NCBI GenBank assembly: GCA_965235115.1
Contig: OZ249443.1
Span: forward strand, 15,004,001-15,068,000
Reading direction: 5' to 3'
Source of the DNA: Laetmonice hystrix
Lineage: Eukaryota
Length of the DNA stretch: 64,000 bases
The position numbers and the translations under genes are program-made. The notes below the pieces were generated by a model. That model saw only the letters and a list, made by a program, of their open reading frames with translations, was not told the origin of the DNA and searched no databases. The first letter of the stretch is position 1; each line of letters starts with the position of its first letter. This document shows positions 24,046 to 38,902 of the stretch, one piece after another.

Positions 24046-26304
24046 GTTTTGGCAGGACGCAGGCTCTGACCGTGAGTTCACGCAGTTCGTGTCGTCCAAC
24101 CGTCGATCGCGTTACGTCGCGGCGTCCGGCCCTGTCATCTTCCCAGAAGGCACCTCTTCTGACGTGCGTTTTTTGACGTCACACAAAGATCGCGGTTGAT
24201 TGGCTCTAAGTGGCTTTAATTGGAATGGCCAATAAAGATTGCGATAATGGGTCGTAAACAGATGCCGAACATTCTGTGATGAGAGATACAGCCTTCAAAT
24301 ACCCAAACCGGGACCCCCCCGACCCCCCGACCCCCCAACCAGCAATCTCCTTATCCCTGCTGAGTTATAATTGATGATAAAACCACGCCTTGCACCGATC
24401 TTAAATACCAAAAAAATGTTGCTTGGAATTTAATTATGTGTTAATTGCTTAAATTGCATTTAGAATTCGACAATGGCTCACATGATCCTGCAAATGGGCT
24501 CACAACAGTTAATAGCTTCAGCATTATACCAATTATACATTTCAAACGCCAAATTATTTTCTTGCCTACTCATGCAGTTTATGGAAAGAATGTCCATAAT
24601 ATTTTCGGGATTAAATTTTAAAGTATGATAAACTATGAAAGGGGATTAATTTAGGATACTTAGCTAGTAAGCATTCAAGAATATAGCTGTTCTCGTTGAC
24701 AGACTTGATGGTTTAAAAGCTGGTCGTTCTTTAAAACTGGATCTGGCGCCAAAGGCAGGGCTTTTAGAGCCTTAAACCAGACCTCAGCAATCCAACAATG
24801 GCACGCCTGTCTCCTTAAACCGTTACTTTACATGACTTACTCAATAACATTCTTATCTGGCCAATCGCTCACTTCCCCGTATTACAAATACACATGAACG
24901 TGGGAAATGTCAACCAGTAATCCCCCAAGAGAATCCATTGGGGATTGTGACTGTACCTCCAGTAAACTTGGAGTCCCCGGGAAGTTGGTAATCCACACCG
25001 AGGGGTTGGAACACTAGGACCAGTGTGGCCAAAGCCACCACAACCCTGGCCTGACGGCAGGCAGACCTACTGGTATTCGGACATGTCAGAAGTGGCTCCC
25101 TGTCATCAGTTGACACCTTCTATCACGTAGGCCATCGCTGGAGGCGAGACACGTCCGAGTATTGGCTCCCTGGAGGTTTAGCTTGAAAGGTTGAGAAAAG
25201 TGTAGGTGTTTGTGCAAGTGTGCATGGTTGTGTGGTCATGCGTGCGTATACAAGTAGTATGCTCCTGCTTATATGGAGAGCTCTCTAGTATAACCATTCA
25301 CGTACATTTGCGTGCATGGGCGTAACTTATTACATGCATATTTTTAGGATATGTGCAAATCTGGATTATTATTGGGCGGGCATAAAACAAATTATCGAAA
25401 AGTGGCGTTAAATGTTAAGAATATCAGGGTATTTACCCCTGTAACTTCTCAGAAGCTTGTGACAGGTTTAAAAAAATATTTTGATATAATTTTTATTGTT
25501 AATGTTCGACAAGAGGGGTTTTATGTCCACCCTATGTATTATAGTAGGCCTATGTATATTTAGTGTGAGTCCTGCGCCCGTACATGACAAATGATGTACA
25601 TGTACATTATAGAGACTACATGTAAGAGTTTGTGTCTTTATATGCAAAATTGTAACTGTAAACAATGTACAAATGTAAACATGTATAAGCTATGAATCAA
25701 TGGATTCATTGACAAACATTACATAGTAATCAAGCTAACGTCCGTACAGATCATTACATCATTGCGAACTGATAGCTCACGCCACGACAGTGACGGTCAC
25801 TTTATAACACGTTGTTGTTTGGATGAAGAGACCAGAGGCCCAGGGCGAAATGTTTGCTCCGTGAATCATTGGACGTGACACCCGTGCGTGTTTCCCTAAA
25901 TGAGATTTTGTTTGTCTTGGCACGCTGTAGTAGACTAATTGAGCGTCACTGGCGCCAGGCCCCATGTCATTACAACGGTATTGTAAAACGCGAAGAACAC
26001 GGTTAATTTAGCAATCAAACCGAGAGAAACGGCACCACCCGTTAACAACTTCTGTTAGCTTCCAGTGGAAGTAATTGTAGAGTTGTACGTATTGTTCCAC
26101 GCTTTCTCTATGGGTCGGCTGTGCGCTGGCCTGCTTTCATTTAAAACCACGGTTATAAGTACCAACCACGTTGTCCTATATATCGGAGTATGAATCTGGT
26201 GACTTGCTTTATGAAAGGATTGAACATGGATAGCTAACAAGTTATTCCACTATTGGAACATTTAGGGTATGTGGCAGATATAGGGGGTCCGGTACAGAAT
26301 TTTG

Positions 26305-27135
26305 GACAGGTCTGGGGACAGATGGTAGGCCCTATAGGATAATTTAGGGTTAGGGTCTGGGGACAGATGGTAGGAGTTAGGGTTAGGTTTGGGGTTATGG
26401 TCTGGGGACAGATGGTATAGGAGTTATGGTTAGTTTTGGGGTTAGGGCCTGGGGACAGATGGTATAGGAGTTATGGTTAGTTTTGGGGTTAGGGTCTGGG
26501 GACAGATGGTATAGGAGTTATGGTTAGTTTTGGGGTTAGGGTCTGGGGACAGATGGTATAGGAGTTATGGTTAGTTTTGGGGTTAGGGTCTGGGGACAGA
26601 TGGTAGGGGTTAGGTTTGGAATTATGGTCTGGGGACAGATGGTATAGGAGTTATGGTTAGTTTTGGGGTTAGGGTCTGGGGACAGATGGTATAGGAGTTA
26701 TGGTTAGTTTTGGGGTTAGGGTCTGGGGACAGATGGTAGGGGTTAGGTTTGGGGTTATGGTCTGGGGACAGATGGTAGGAGTTAGGGTTAGTTTTGGGGT
26801 TAGGGTCTGGGGACAGATGGTAGGAGTTAGGGTTAGGTTTGGGGTTAGGGTCTGGGGACAGATGGTAGGAGTTAGGGTTAGGTTTGGGGTTATGGTCTGG
26901 GGACAGATGGTAGGAGTTATGGTTAGTTTTGGGGTTAGGGTCTGGGGACAGATGGTAGGAGTTAGGGTTAGGTTTGGGGTTAGGGTCTGGGGACAGATGG
27001 TATAGGAGTTATGGTTAGTTTTGGGGTTAGGGTCTGGGGACAGATGGTAGGAGTTAGGGTTAGGTTTGGGGTTAGGGTCTGGGGTTAGGGTCTGGGGACA
27101 GATGGTATAGGAGTTATGGTTAGTTTTGGGGTTAG
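26305..27135 (+). repeat. 45/47-bp G-rich minisatellite containing TTAGGG motifs
   Basis: Unit ggttagttttggggttagggtctggggacagatggtataggagttat and variants, about 18 copies. Confidence 0.92.
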
Positions 27136-30100
27136 AGGTATATTCCGGGGACAGGTTACCGGGAGAGATTTGCCCTCAACAGAGAGAATTGACCAAAAGT
27201 GGAAACTCGGACACTCTTCACTGATAGATAATGGGATCCTTGCCTAGAAAAGGGGTCCACCCGTGAACCCCCTGACCCCAACCTTGACCCGACCTAGAAC
27301 TTAGAGGTATGAATGACGTCTCCCGTACGTTAAAATAGAAAACAGACACTTTTACGATCCAAAATTGTTATGTTTTAGCGATTATGTCAGCAAACCTGAC
27401 AGGGTCGAGGTATATATTAGTCATTTAGAATGGTTTCTGTGTGAAACGGGTTCCCCAACCCATGCAGGAAAAATAAGGATGAAGGGCTCGATCGGGTCGC
27501 GTCGTCTATAGGCTGGTGGCTTGTTTATCTCTCATGCACACCCACGCACACGCACACACCCACGCACACATTACGTGACGGAATCTAAGGTTACCTATCA
27601 AAGATCCGTACACAGGTACGACATGCATGTACTGAAGTGATGCGATCAGTACGAGCATTCCAGTATGCCATCGCGCAGGCTTCAAAACACCACCCTCCAA
27701 AACTGAACTCCCAACGCCTCCTGACATTCCTGGAAATGGCTGTCATCAAAACACGCTGACGTCTGTAGGTCTATGTTTGCGTCACACGTGCAAGTCTACA
27801 GGCGTCACACAGTCCTGTGCTTGTCATATACGGTGGCATTGTCCATAGATCACCAACCCGGACCAAAGAGAACTTTCTATTATAATCACATCATTTAGAC
27901 TTTCACCAAAATGTAGCCTAACTGTTACACAGATAAACATTTCAACACTTAGAAACAATTTTGTACCACAGTCACATCTAGCTTCACTCGCAGAGTGCGA
28001 ATAAACTTTCCCTGCAGCACAGTAGACAGTAGTCAAAAACCTTCATCATCGCATAATCTGAGGATGTCTGTAATTCAGTAAGTCTCTTTGAAAATAATCA
28101 AGCGTCACTTTTGGAACGAAAAAGAAATTTTAGAGATTATCAAGTGTCATTTTTTGAATATGAAAAAGAATCAACATTAGCCTCATTGTAAATACTTCGA
28201 ATTAGTCCGTATAAAGTCAGTCTCCTCACGATAAGGCAGCATTAACCCAGTTTGAACCCACCCCCTCCTCAAAAAAGTGGGGAAAATCTACCTTCCTCAA
28301 AAACTCCGTAAATAGCCATAGATTTTCATCAGTGGCGTTCAATGTGTGAGAGAGGCATTTCGGATGCACTGCACACTGTCACTTGAGGTCATTGGAGGTT
28401 TTACCATAAAAATAATAAAAACATTGATGATGATATCAACTTAATGGGACAAAAATCATTCCCTTAATACACAATAGCATGTAATTTCGCGATATGTTAA
28501 TTTAACTTGGTTAACAGCCGCCCTGACCGACCCTCTTTAACCTCGGGTAGCGGCGAGGAGAGGATGATTAGCGGTAAAACATGGAGTTTTAGCATCGGCT
28601 ACTGGCACTGACGGTCGGGACCCAGGGTAGATCATGTGTACGGGTCCTGACAGTGGATCAACTGTGTAGGGAAAGAGGCATGTAGGTCATCCGGCATTAC
28701 ACAGTATTATCCTTGGTCAAATAAAGTGAAAAAATCCACATAAAGGCAAGGGAAGCCGAGTACACATGTGTGCGTGACTTGCAGCTTGATCTTTCCATTA
28801 CCAGACAGTCTGTGGCTCTTTTAGTTGGTAATTATACACACCAGACGGTAGTCATCGGTATTCAGACGATTCGCAGGTACACAGCGATAGCTCATATACC
28901 TCGCTCAATAATACGCCAATTGTCAACGCTCTGAAATGTTTGTGGGAAAAACTAGAACAAAAAAATGGGGATAGGTATCCGGTCGGACCTTCCCGGGGAG
29001 TCGGTCTTGTGTTCCTTGGAAATGTATAATGCATGCAAGTGAAGGTTGTATGCTACTAGAATATTAATTTACGTAAGTATTATCCAGGGTAGGACACTGA
29101 ATCACTGACACTGAATGTGATTTAACCGTCCACCTAGGCGTTTAACGGATCGAAAGAAAATCAGGAAAATGCAGACATACACACACACGAACACTGAACT
29201 GTTTGTTCTTACATTTTGTCATCGACCTATGGTCAATGACAAGATGGGAACCTCTTCAGTTTCTGGTGTGGATTTATGACCATTGATTCAAGGTAAGCTC
29301 CCTCTCGATGATCAGTTTTAACCTTTCTACAAAGTGAAAGAATGAAATTTAATAATTTCCCACCCAATCTTGAATCTTGATTTTGTGTTGGATATGCAGA
29401 CGTAGCGCCACTTTGATAAAAAGATAGTTCTAAAGCTACCATCAGGGTGCGCCCCATACAGTGTGCCACCAGGGGGCGGGCCTGGTGTTTCCATTCAGTC
29501 GGTCCCTACATTCCGCGACAGCCCCCTCCCGCCCAACCACTCCACCACGACGGTAGCTCACCTGAGTCGGCCTCCCTGACCTACAAACCGCAATAGTAAA
29601 ATCAGCTGATCCACGTAAGGCCGGCTTTTGGCCGGTATACCTCATCAATCTGGGAGCCCAAGGAACATGGCTTGGTCACCTAACAGGGGTAGTTTGATGT
29701 CGTCTATTTAAAGTCAGAATGTAGAATGACATGTATGAAGAAATACTCCTTCCTCATTCAATTTCTTGTGATTTATTTCCACTACAATTAGAAAATGGCC
29801 CTAAGAAAAGAATTGTTTTTTTTCTAAGTTTAAACGATTAGACGCACGAATACTGAATTTGGACTGTATATAATGCCACATTCCTAGTGTAAATTAGAAC
29901 GTAAAACCTGAATTTCAGGCAGGGGTGGTAATTCTAATTAAATTAGGATAATTCAGATTTTCCTAGGAAGGGTCTCTAAATTATCATTAATTGGGTCAAA
30001 TTGTGGCCTCGTTACATATATTTTGCCAACATATTGGTGGAAAGGTATGTAAGGGGAAGGTGATGTCTGTGGATCTTTCAGGATATATTAAATAATAAAA

Positions 30101-33100
30101 TAGGATTAAAACAGAGGTATATTAAGCATTACAAAATCAGAAAGCCTTTAAGTTGGGTATACAATGTCGGGCCTATAGCCTTGTAATATTGAGGAATAGA
30201 AATGGTGATCGATTTCTTTAAAATTCTAGAAAAATATCTACTCTTTCCTATAGTCATAACCAACGAAGTTGAAATGATCGAAACAGACTTACTCCATTAA
30301 ATCAAAATGATTTTTACTGTCATGGACTATTAACCTTTACGCCGATAGGCCTATGGGGTTTTGTAGAGAATTGAATTAATTGGGTGTATTCCATGGCTGT
30401 TTTTACTTAGCGTCAGTTTTCTTTTCGGAGAACTACCTAGCTTTAGAGGCACATATTTGGTGTAAAGCGGAATTGGCAAGCGAAATTGGATTGACAGCCG
30501 TGAAAAGCTATACCTGAAGACATATACAGTAGTGGTTTTTGTCCTTCTGACCGACATCAAAGAGCTGACCGTGAATAATGATAATGTTGCATAATGCATT
30601 GATGTTAGAGGACGGTCTATTTACCCCAGGCATGCCTTCTCAGGTAACTGGAAATAAATCATGTTTAGACATTATGCATATCCGAGTGAACCAAGCTTTA
30701 CCTTAGAGATAAACACAAACAAGTCATTCTTCAAAGTTGTGTGAAATCGTTGTTAATCCCAAACTACGCATGCGCACTGACTTTGTAATTTAACTGACCT
30801 GATTTGTTCTCCGTCAAGCGCACGTGACTAGCGTAACCAATCAGACTTCAGATCCCGTAATGAAGTCGTTCTATGAAAGGGTCGTTGAAACCAGAGAAGC
30901 GTGTAGAATGTACCTCTTCAAAAGCTATGAAACTGAAAATATTTTATTGAAATTTGATAGGTGTTGGCCTGTCTGCATTTTGCTTGCCTTATACTGATAT
31001 CATCCGGCACAATGTCCGTCATGTGAACATATTCAGTCAGCTTGCTGACGTGTCTATATTCTCGTCCACTTACTGATTCTGCAGGGTTTGCCAGCAAGTT
31101 CTCAGTCCCAGTCGTTTCGTAAACAATCCCTTTATGGCAGCTTCCAGGGAAGAAACCTGATCCAGGGACCCGCGCCACTGCATCTTACATCCCTCGTTCT
31201 CATAAATGACATGAATATACAACATCTACAAGTCGATCATATGACATTACAAACTGACGTTTTAATATTCCAATTCATGGGATATTATAACCTTGAGTTT
31301 CTTTGATTTCTCCATGGTATAACATTTCCGTTTTTGTAGCGTGATACACGATTGGCCGGCTAAGTAATTCAGTGGTCTCCAAACTCAATTTTCTTTATTT
31401 TGTTAAGGAAACCATGATAAAGATATGAGGACATGGCAGATAGCACGTTTTATATATACACAATGGAGTTGGGAATAATACTACTGGGAGGCTTAGATTT
31501 CTATCACGACCGTCCCTGAAAGCGCAGACAGGGGCACTAGCTATAATTCGGCCTATACATACGCTCTTTAAACAAGACATATGATATGTATCTGAACATC
31601 GAAGATCAAATATTTATTGTATGTTAGCTATGGACTGCCGAAAGCCATGTTGTGTGCGTTCCTTCCAGAGTACACCGTCGTCAACAGTGCATGTTAAATC
31701 ATGTTATAAGCAAAAACTGTGTACGCTTTTCAGGGAAAACCGTATGGTGGTAAATAGCGGTTAGGTTATGCAAACATACAGTGAGGACACATAGTGAATT
31801 CGGTCTGAAGTCAGACGGCACAGTCAAGGGCCTGACTTGGCATTCGACTTGAAGATATTGCAGTCTTAAAGGCACGGGCTGTCCTACTTGTTGAGGGAGA
31901 GCTCATCGCCGCAATGACCTCGGCGGCGGTTTCTTAGGAAGCACAATAAAAAGACTCGAGAATATTCCATGAGGTTGAGGACCACATACCTGAAACAAAT
32001 GTGATTTCATAAAGTGCAAAGTTATTTTTATATTACAAGGGGGTGTCGTTAGGTAGGCCTATGCATGTAGTTGACACAATTGTAGCAATGGATGACAAGC
32101 CATAATTGAAGGGCGCTAGGACAGATTGTTTACGCTGAATCCAGATTTTATTATAAAACCAATTATTGCGGCTGTGCTGTAGTCACATTGACGTTATTCG
32201 ATTATACATATGAACGTACATTAAGTAGGGTCTAAGACATGCATCAATGGAGACAGCCCCTTGAATGGAAACACCTGTGTGCCCTACGGAATATATACCC
32301 ACTCTGGGCCCGCCCCCAATTTGCTAGCGTATACTTTCATGGACGTTAAAGAAACTTGCAGCACTCTTCCTCTCAGCTCTTTGATGTCAGTTATGCAGTG
32401 AAGTTGTAAGCCACTCTACTGCGGGGTTGAGCATTCAAAAATGATACTGTAGGGCAATGTGTCTACATGACATGGTAATTGTAGCATTTAACTGCAGGAC
32501 CGCCCGTTATGAAATAACACTGCAAGGCTGTGTATCTCCGTGACGTGTAAAACGAGATGACACTGCAGGGGCCTGGTCACTCTATCCCCTTGCTGCCCCT
32601 TTTAGCGTAGTTCAGGTCCAAGTACTTTACCTTCATTCATACGTACATCAAACTACATAATAAGGTAGGACAACCTCAAAGTCCGCTGAGAAGTTAATGA
32701 TATGAATAAAAGTGAAAACATTCATGCTCAAAATGACGGAGAGAGAACCTTCACATGGCGGGCATTCAAAGATCGTATAAAACGTTTTCGCCAGAGCGTG
32801 ACATATCCGGTTTTTAATCTGATCAGATAAAGCAGTGTTTGGGAAAATCCTCTCGGTATCAAGTGTTGCCATCCATAAAAGACCCAGTACTCTCTATATG
32901 CCTTTGAGGCGGTTTTAAAGATCCACAATATTCTACCGTACCGTAATCTTAGAATCGTAAAGTACGAGTATATAAGAAAAGCAAAAACGGTTGACAGCGT
33001 CAGGAATGAGATTGTGAGAACAAGAGAGAAGGGAAAGGTAGGACGGTATTATTTCATGAGATTTTTAGGGAGACTGTTTACGTTGGTGGGTGACGTATAT

Positions 33101-36100
33101 TCTCCCTGTTATTGGAGCATGGACAGCCTTAAGTGTAGCCCCATCAATGAACCAGAGACAGCCATGTCTCCGATAAGCCATCTCCGTCCGTATGACACGG
33201 AAGCCCTCAAAAGCGAACAAGTGTTTCATTATATCAGCTTCACAATGAACGTACCTGACAATGTTTCTAAACAGCTTCTTAACAATGGTCGCCTTTTAAC
33301 GTGGAGGTGGCTCTCTGGTGACAAGCAGGCGTCTACGTGTGTGGTTATTTCTTCTCTCAGTAGAAAATGATAAAAGTGATCAAGAAAAGGAAAGGAAACT
33401 TTGAGACATGCCCCGAGCCAGACGACATGGACATGGACAAGAATGGCACCAATGACTTCCATGGCACCAGCGACATACAGAGGTTGTTGGTGCATCAATA
33501 TAAAGAACGATGCCGAATAAAGCCAGGCCCTTATTGCATCTCTTGGAAAATCCCAAAAGGAATATGGTTATATTATATACTGAAGTCCCCTTAAGAGCTG
33601 ATCATGGCTTTAAATCCCTGGGACAGAGCCCTGGACAATGCACCCTCTGTGCACCAGGCGCCGGCCGGCAAAACACTTCATTTTTAGTTGGATCGTTGGC
33701 CGGGAGGGCAGCCAGGGATCGGATTACCTGAGGCGGCCGGTCGCGACCTGTTTGTGGGAACTACAGGTGTATACGTTCGGGCCCAGTCGGCCTCACGCAT
33801 GAGGAACGCCGACGTGACAAGCATGCTCCAGTTCAGACGCTGGCGTCCCCCTCAACCCCCACCCCCCTCTCCTCAACATCTCCACACTATCCCCCCTCCA
33901 GCACCATTAAAACCTGAGCCCAGTGCAGGGGTAGAAAGATGATCCTGTACCACTGAGGTTGTGAATATGCTTTCTAATGATGTCTTAAGTTTATAGGGCG
34001 AAGTGTTAAGATGTACGAGAGTTGTTGCATCAACATTGAACAACTCCCACTAAGTAGACTTGTATAGATAAACCATAGCTGGGACAGAGACACTTTGTGA
34101 AAACACGCCCACGGTCCTACATACTCAAAATCTTTCCGAGTGAAAGCGAATATAAGTGAATACAGTGAAGAATAGAGCACCGTTCTACATTGTCCGAGGT
34201 CCCGTTATAAAATGTACCTTCAAGGTGAACTACTTAAATTACAACACTTAGATCATCCTATAATGTTCGGCAAGCTGCCGTGCGACATTATGTTTCCTGC
34301 TACAATATAATTCAAGATAGATGGCGAAAAGTAGCTTTCTAAAGTAAGAGAATATGCTATTGGTAATACAATCTGAGATCGGGGAGGGCTCATGGAATCG
34401 GAATCATAGGATCATGGGAGTAGGTACTCGTATCTGTACAAGTCTGTCCTTGGTGAGCGTTTACCTAACTGAAATCCCATACTATTGGTACTCCAGGTAT
34501 GTGCTTGAACAGTTTCACAATCACATAATTCTTTAAACATTGAGATAGGAACACAGCAGTATCGTGTTTTAGGATCATAGAAAGGAGTCAAGAAAGCCAA
34601 GAAGAAATATCATATGTTTGATTTCTGCTATAGAATCTCCTCCGTTAAATATTTGAGTAAATATTCTAAGTTCATTTTTTCTTTTTCTTTTTCTTGCTAA
34701 GATACGCCCGCTTGTAACTTAGATTTTTATCAATATGAATGTGGTGTGGACGAGTCATAGTGGGGCGAACTACTATAGAAGTAGTAGTGTGCCTGCTGGG
34801 GTTTGAAGAGATTCCTGAAGGAAGTGGTCATGTGAAAAGGGAAGGGGTCAGATGTAAGAAAATGGGCATTGGAATCAAGGTTAGTGAGTGAGTAGTTGGT
34901 GTCAGTTAACAGTATTTAAGCTATATCAGGGTTGCATAATAAGGAAAGCCATGACGAAAGGGCACAGGTCTAGTATGGAAAGGTGCAAGAAATATAAGGA
35001 AAATCATGAAGGAAAAGGGTTGGTGCATGAAAAGGGGCATGGCATATTATGAAAAATCTTAAAGCAAGGGGCCAGGTCTATGGAAAAGCGGAATGACATC
35101 AACCGTTAAGGTAAGAAGCGGCCCTATGTGGACCGTATATTTTCGGGGAGGGAATCGGGTGGATCCCCATCGTTACAATGTGACCCCAAGCGGTCGTTTC
35201 GTAGCCGGTATAGTATGGCCCGTCGCTGTCTGTGAAACGGCCCCCAGAACATTTAGCCCCTGGATGCGGACCTAAAGACAAACTAAGTGAAGAATCAGGT
35301 TAAAGTGAAGAAATCTGTGAATGTTATTCTTTCCCTGAGTATATGGGCAGACCCATCACTTTGATTACTCAAGAGCAAACAACATGTGAAAGTTGTCCTA
35401 TATGATTCTAACAACTGTACGTAAGGAAAAAAGTGTTTGTTTTTGTAACGCGGACATTTAGTTTTTACTACATGTGTGCCGAAAACATCAACAGGTTAAG
35501 GCCCCACCAGTTGTCTGTATATGTATAACACCCCCTTCCCCCTTCGTACCCCCCCCCCCCTCAGCCGAGCAAATTACTCTGTAAATTAAAGTATTGGAGC
35601 AAGTGGTTCAAAGTCTGACTTTGGAAAAAGTGAGGATCGAATAGTTCCACTAGTGTCCGCCAGGGATCTGGGAGCACAAGTCAGGACATCTCACCAAGTC
35701 TCGTTCTTAACGTGACTTGCCTCGGTTTAGACACGTTCCTTCAATAGACTTACAAATCGAGTACATATATAAACCTAGCTGTCCCCAGTCGTCCATGTTC
35801 ATGCATGAGCCTTTTATTATGAACCCACACCGCTGCCATTTTTATGAAAGACACTCTTTGTCCTTGCACTCAACGACTCCTGCATGATTGATGAGTCCAT
35901 GACGTACCCCCCAAGTGATGTTGAATACCGCTCACAGGGGGCGTAGCAGTAGGTGGTAGTCGGTAGATCTGAGGTTGTAATTAGTGGTTCAGCGTACTCT
36001 CTCGAGGCTAAGATCTCACCTGTTATAAACAACTGAAGTGTGTAATTTATGATGATTTAGACGAGCTTCGATCATCATTCAACCCGGTTTCTGGATAATC

Positions 36101-37767
36101 AGTGACACGTGGGAGGGTTGATCAATGAAAGATGCTACTTGTGATCGTTGTGATACCCTAACCGAAACAACTCATGGGGAATCCTAACCTGCTAATTGTT
36201 GTAACTTCATCGTATTATCCGTGGCTATATACTGGTATAATAGTCTAACGTTTGAGGGTATATAATTGATGGACACTTCAATAGAAGAGGAGCATGTCAG
36301 AACTCGACGCTTGGTCATATCACGACGTCCGGTCACAAGGACCTCTGGGATAATTTATTCCTGATCCCGGTTTCCGAAAGGCTCTAAGCAGCAAGCTTGA
36401 AGCTAAGCAGGGTTAAGGTGGCCCACGAGAACTTATCTTAACTAAACCATAGAGTCTAGAATGTTCTATGACTGGACTGAAAAGTGTAGGGGGTCAATGG
36501 CTGGCAGTGCAATTAAAACTACTTTATCAGAAACGGTTTGTCTTGGGGTGAAATGTTTTGAACAACATAAAGATAAAGTTGGAGTGGTCTAGGATTGCAA
36601 TGGTGAGTCATGATTGCGTTAAGTGTTCTCTAAGCGACACCAGTATCAAATATTGTAGACGTTTATGTGGGGAGTGGGTAACAGACCCGTGAGTTTGCAA
36701 TACGTATAGATTGTCTGAACCTCACTAGACTGTATGACCTACATATATGTAATTTGGTTCGTAAACGCTCGGTCAGAATGGATAGAAAGTAGTGAACTGA
36801 TATGTATCAACAACGGAGGCCATTCTTTTCACCCCACTCAATATAAAAAATACCTATTTTTATTTGTTTTTAATGTCTGTTGGCTAAGGTAGGTACCCAT
36901 CGGTCCGGTACCCTGTATCGACGTAATTAGCGTGACGTGATGCTGTGACGATAAACGCGCTTTGATACGCGAACAATTTGTCGCTGGCACACCAACCACC
37001 GTGACTGCATTGATTGTAGTTCTATCTAATACCCAGACAGACTTACCTTGTTCTTCAGTGGGTCTCCTTCAGACAGACAAACGTTTATTGAACAGACACA
37101 GTGTCACCGGATGAAGCACAACTGACTTTTTGCGGGAGAAGCAATGACATTTTTGGGGTAACGTGAACTACTGATTTCATTCATTGAAAAGAACCCGATC
37201 TACCCCAGAGTTGGAAAGCACATCAAAGAACATGTCTTCACATATATGTTTGTTTAACAAAGAGTGATTGTATTCCTATCACAATCAGACCCTCAGCTCA
37301 CTTCATCTGAATGAGTGCGGTTTTATAAGACCTGGGCCTGTATCGACTTTTTATAACTGCTCTATTGAAAAACATCATTGCTAGAATTTGATACATTAAA
37401 TAAACTTTTCTATTTGCAGTATCGGTCCCAACATCCTTGCTAATACAGATATTATAGTTTAGTTTTAATTTTGGTTGTAACCTTTCTTTTCTGGGGAAAA
37501 CTAGCCGCACGCGTTATGTTGACTTCCGGTACCACGGTACATTCACGGCGGGGAGTTGGTGCCCCCTGGTGGACAGATTATGAACTATCCACGACTTCCG
37601 ATCGATGCCAAAGGTTCCGAGCGAGCACCCATTCAGTTCGGTCCTCCATAGATCGATCCTCCTTGGCACAATCTCCCTGAAATCTGGGGTTAAATATTGA
37701 AATTTTATCACCTTCCCTAGCTCCAGACTACTGAGTCCTAACCCAGTCGCTAAAAGGAAACTCAGCC

Positions 37768-37937
37768 CAGGGGCGGATCCAGGGTTGCACCAAGGGGAAG
37801 GGGGTGCCAAGAGGGAGGTTGTGGGTACCAAAGGGGTGTGTAGTTTGTTTTGAACCTTTCAAGCAGAAAAAAGAAAGAAACATTAGGGCTACTTCGTAAG
37901 GGGGGTTGCAACCCCTACCCCTCTGGATCCGCCACTG
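37768..37937. mobile_element. GGATCC-family MITE, short copy
   Basis: caggggcggatccag ... ctggatccgccactg termini, as at 2855-3303. Confidence 0.65.
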
Positions 37938-38200
37938 TTTACCCTACCCTATATCCTCCCTGGGAGATGTTACAAGGAGAGGATCAAGCCGGATCCTTGT
38001 GTATAGGTTGATACACCTGTATCTACCTCAGCGTTGTTGTGGTTCACGCTCACCTGTGGTAAAAATTGGCCACTGTGTCACGCTCTAGTTCCCCGACCCG
38101 TCCGCTAGAGGGCCTTCCCAATCATCTCAAACAAGTGTTGACTGCTGAGAGAGTTGCTCCCCCGTGTGGTATCATCCCTACGATATTTGGGGTCGGAGTT

Positions 38201-38902
38201 AGGGGCAGGGGTGGAGCAGAGGTAGGGCAGGGCTGTATCAGGGGTAGGGCAGGGGTGGAGCAGAGGTAGGGCAGGGGTGGAGCAGGGGTAGGGCAGGGGT
38301 GGAGCAGGGGTAGGGCAGGGGTGGAGCAGGGGTAGGGCAGGGGTTGGGCAGAGAGTGGAGCAGGGGTTGGGCAGGGGTGAAGCAGGGGTAGGGCATGGGT
38401 GGAGCAGGGGTAGGGCAGGGGTGGAGCAGGGGTAGGGCAGGGGTGGAGCAGGGGTAGGGCAGGGGTAGGGCAGGGGTGGAGCAGGGGTAGGGCAGGGGTG
38501 GAGCAGGGGTAGGGCAGGGGTGGAGCAGGGGTAGGGCAGGGGTGGAGCAGGGGTAGGGCAGGGGTGGAGCAGGGGTAGGGCAGGGGTGGAGCAGGGGTAG
38601 GGCATGGGTGGAGCAGGGGTAGGGCATGGGTGGAGCAGGGGTAGGGCAGGGGTGGAGCAGGGGTAGGGCAGGGGTAGGGCAGGGGTGGAGCAGGGGTAGG
38701 GCAGGGGTGGAGCAGGGGTAGGGCAGGGGTGGAGCAGGGGTAGGGCAGGGGTGGAGCAGGGGTTGGGCAGGGGTAGAGCAGGGGTAGAGCAGGGGTGGAG
38801 CAGGGGTTGGGCAGGGGTTGGGCAGGGGTTGGGCAGGGTTAGGGCAGGGGTGGAGCAGGGGTGAAGCAGGGGTTTGGCAGGGGTGGAGCAGGGGTAGGAC
38901 AG
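38201..38902 (+). repeat. 22-bp (2 x 11-bp) G-rich minisatellite
   Basis: Unit ggggtagggca-ggggtggagca, about 30 copies. It explains the Pro/Cys-rich ORFs 38105-38605 and 38238-38993. Confidence 0.95.

Noticed and set aside
24910-25116. ORF with a REPLL motif and hydrophobic stretch, like a type II membrane protein N-terminus
   Set aside because: Starts at GTG directly after an in-frame TAG, has no in-frame ATG or convincing acceptor, and I could not link it to candidate downstream exons at 23.4, 22.4, 21.8 or 20.7 kb.
26700-27005. Repetitive Val/Gly ORF
   Set aside because: Read-through of the 45/47-bp array.
27595-27727. ATG exon with weak signal-peptide look and a GTAACC donor (minus strand)
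   Set aside because: The nearest phase-compatible acceptor (about 26130) gives a stop after 7 codons; no recognisable product.
33014-33594. Adjacent 118-aa and 75-aa ORFs
   Set aside because: No recognisable domain, comparable ORFs on the opposite strand, ambiguous splice signals.
35817-36032. Possible terminal exon with tyrosine motifs (EYAEP)
   Set aside because: The junction CAG/GTGAGA reads equally well as a donor, and no upstream exons were linked.
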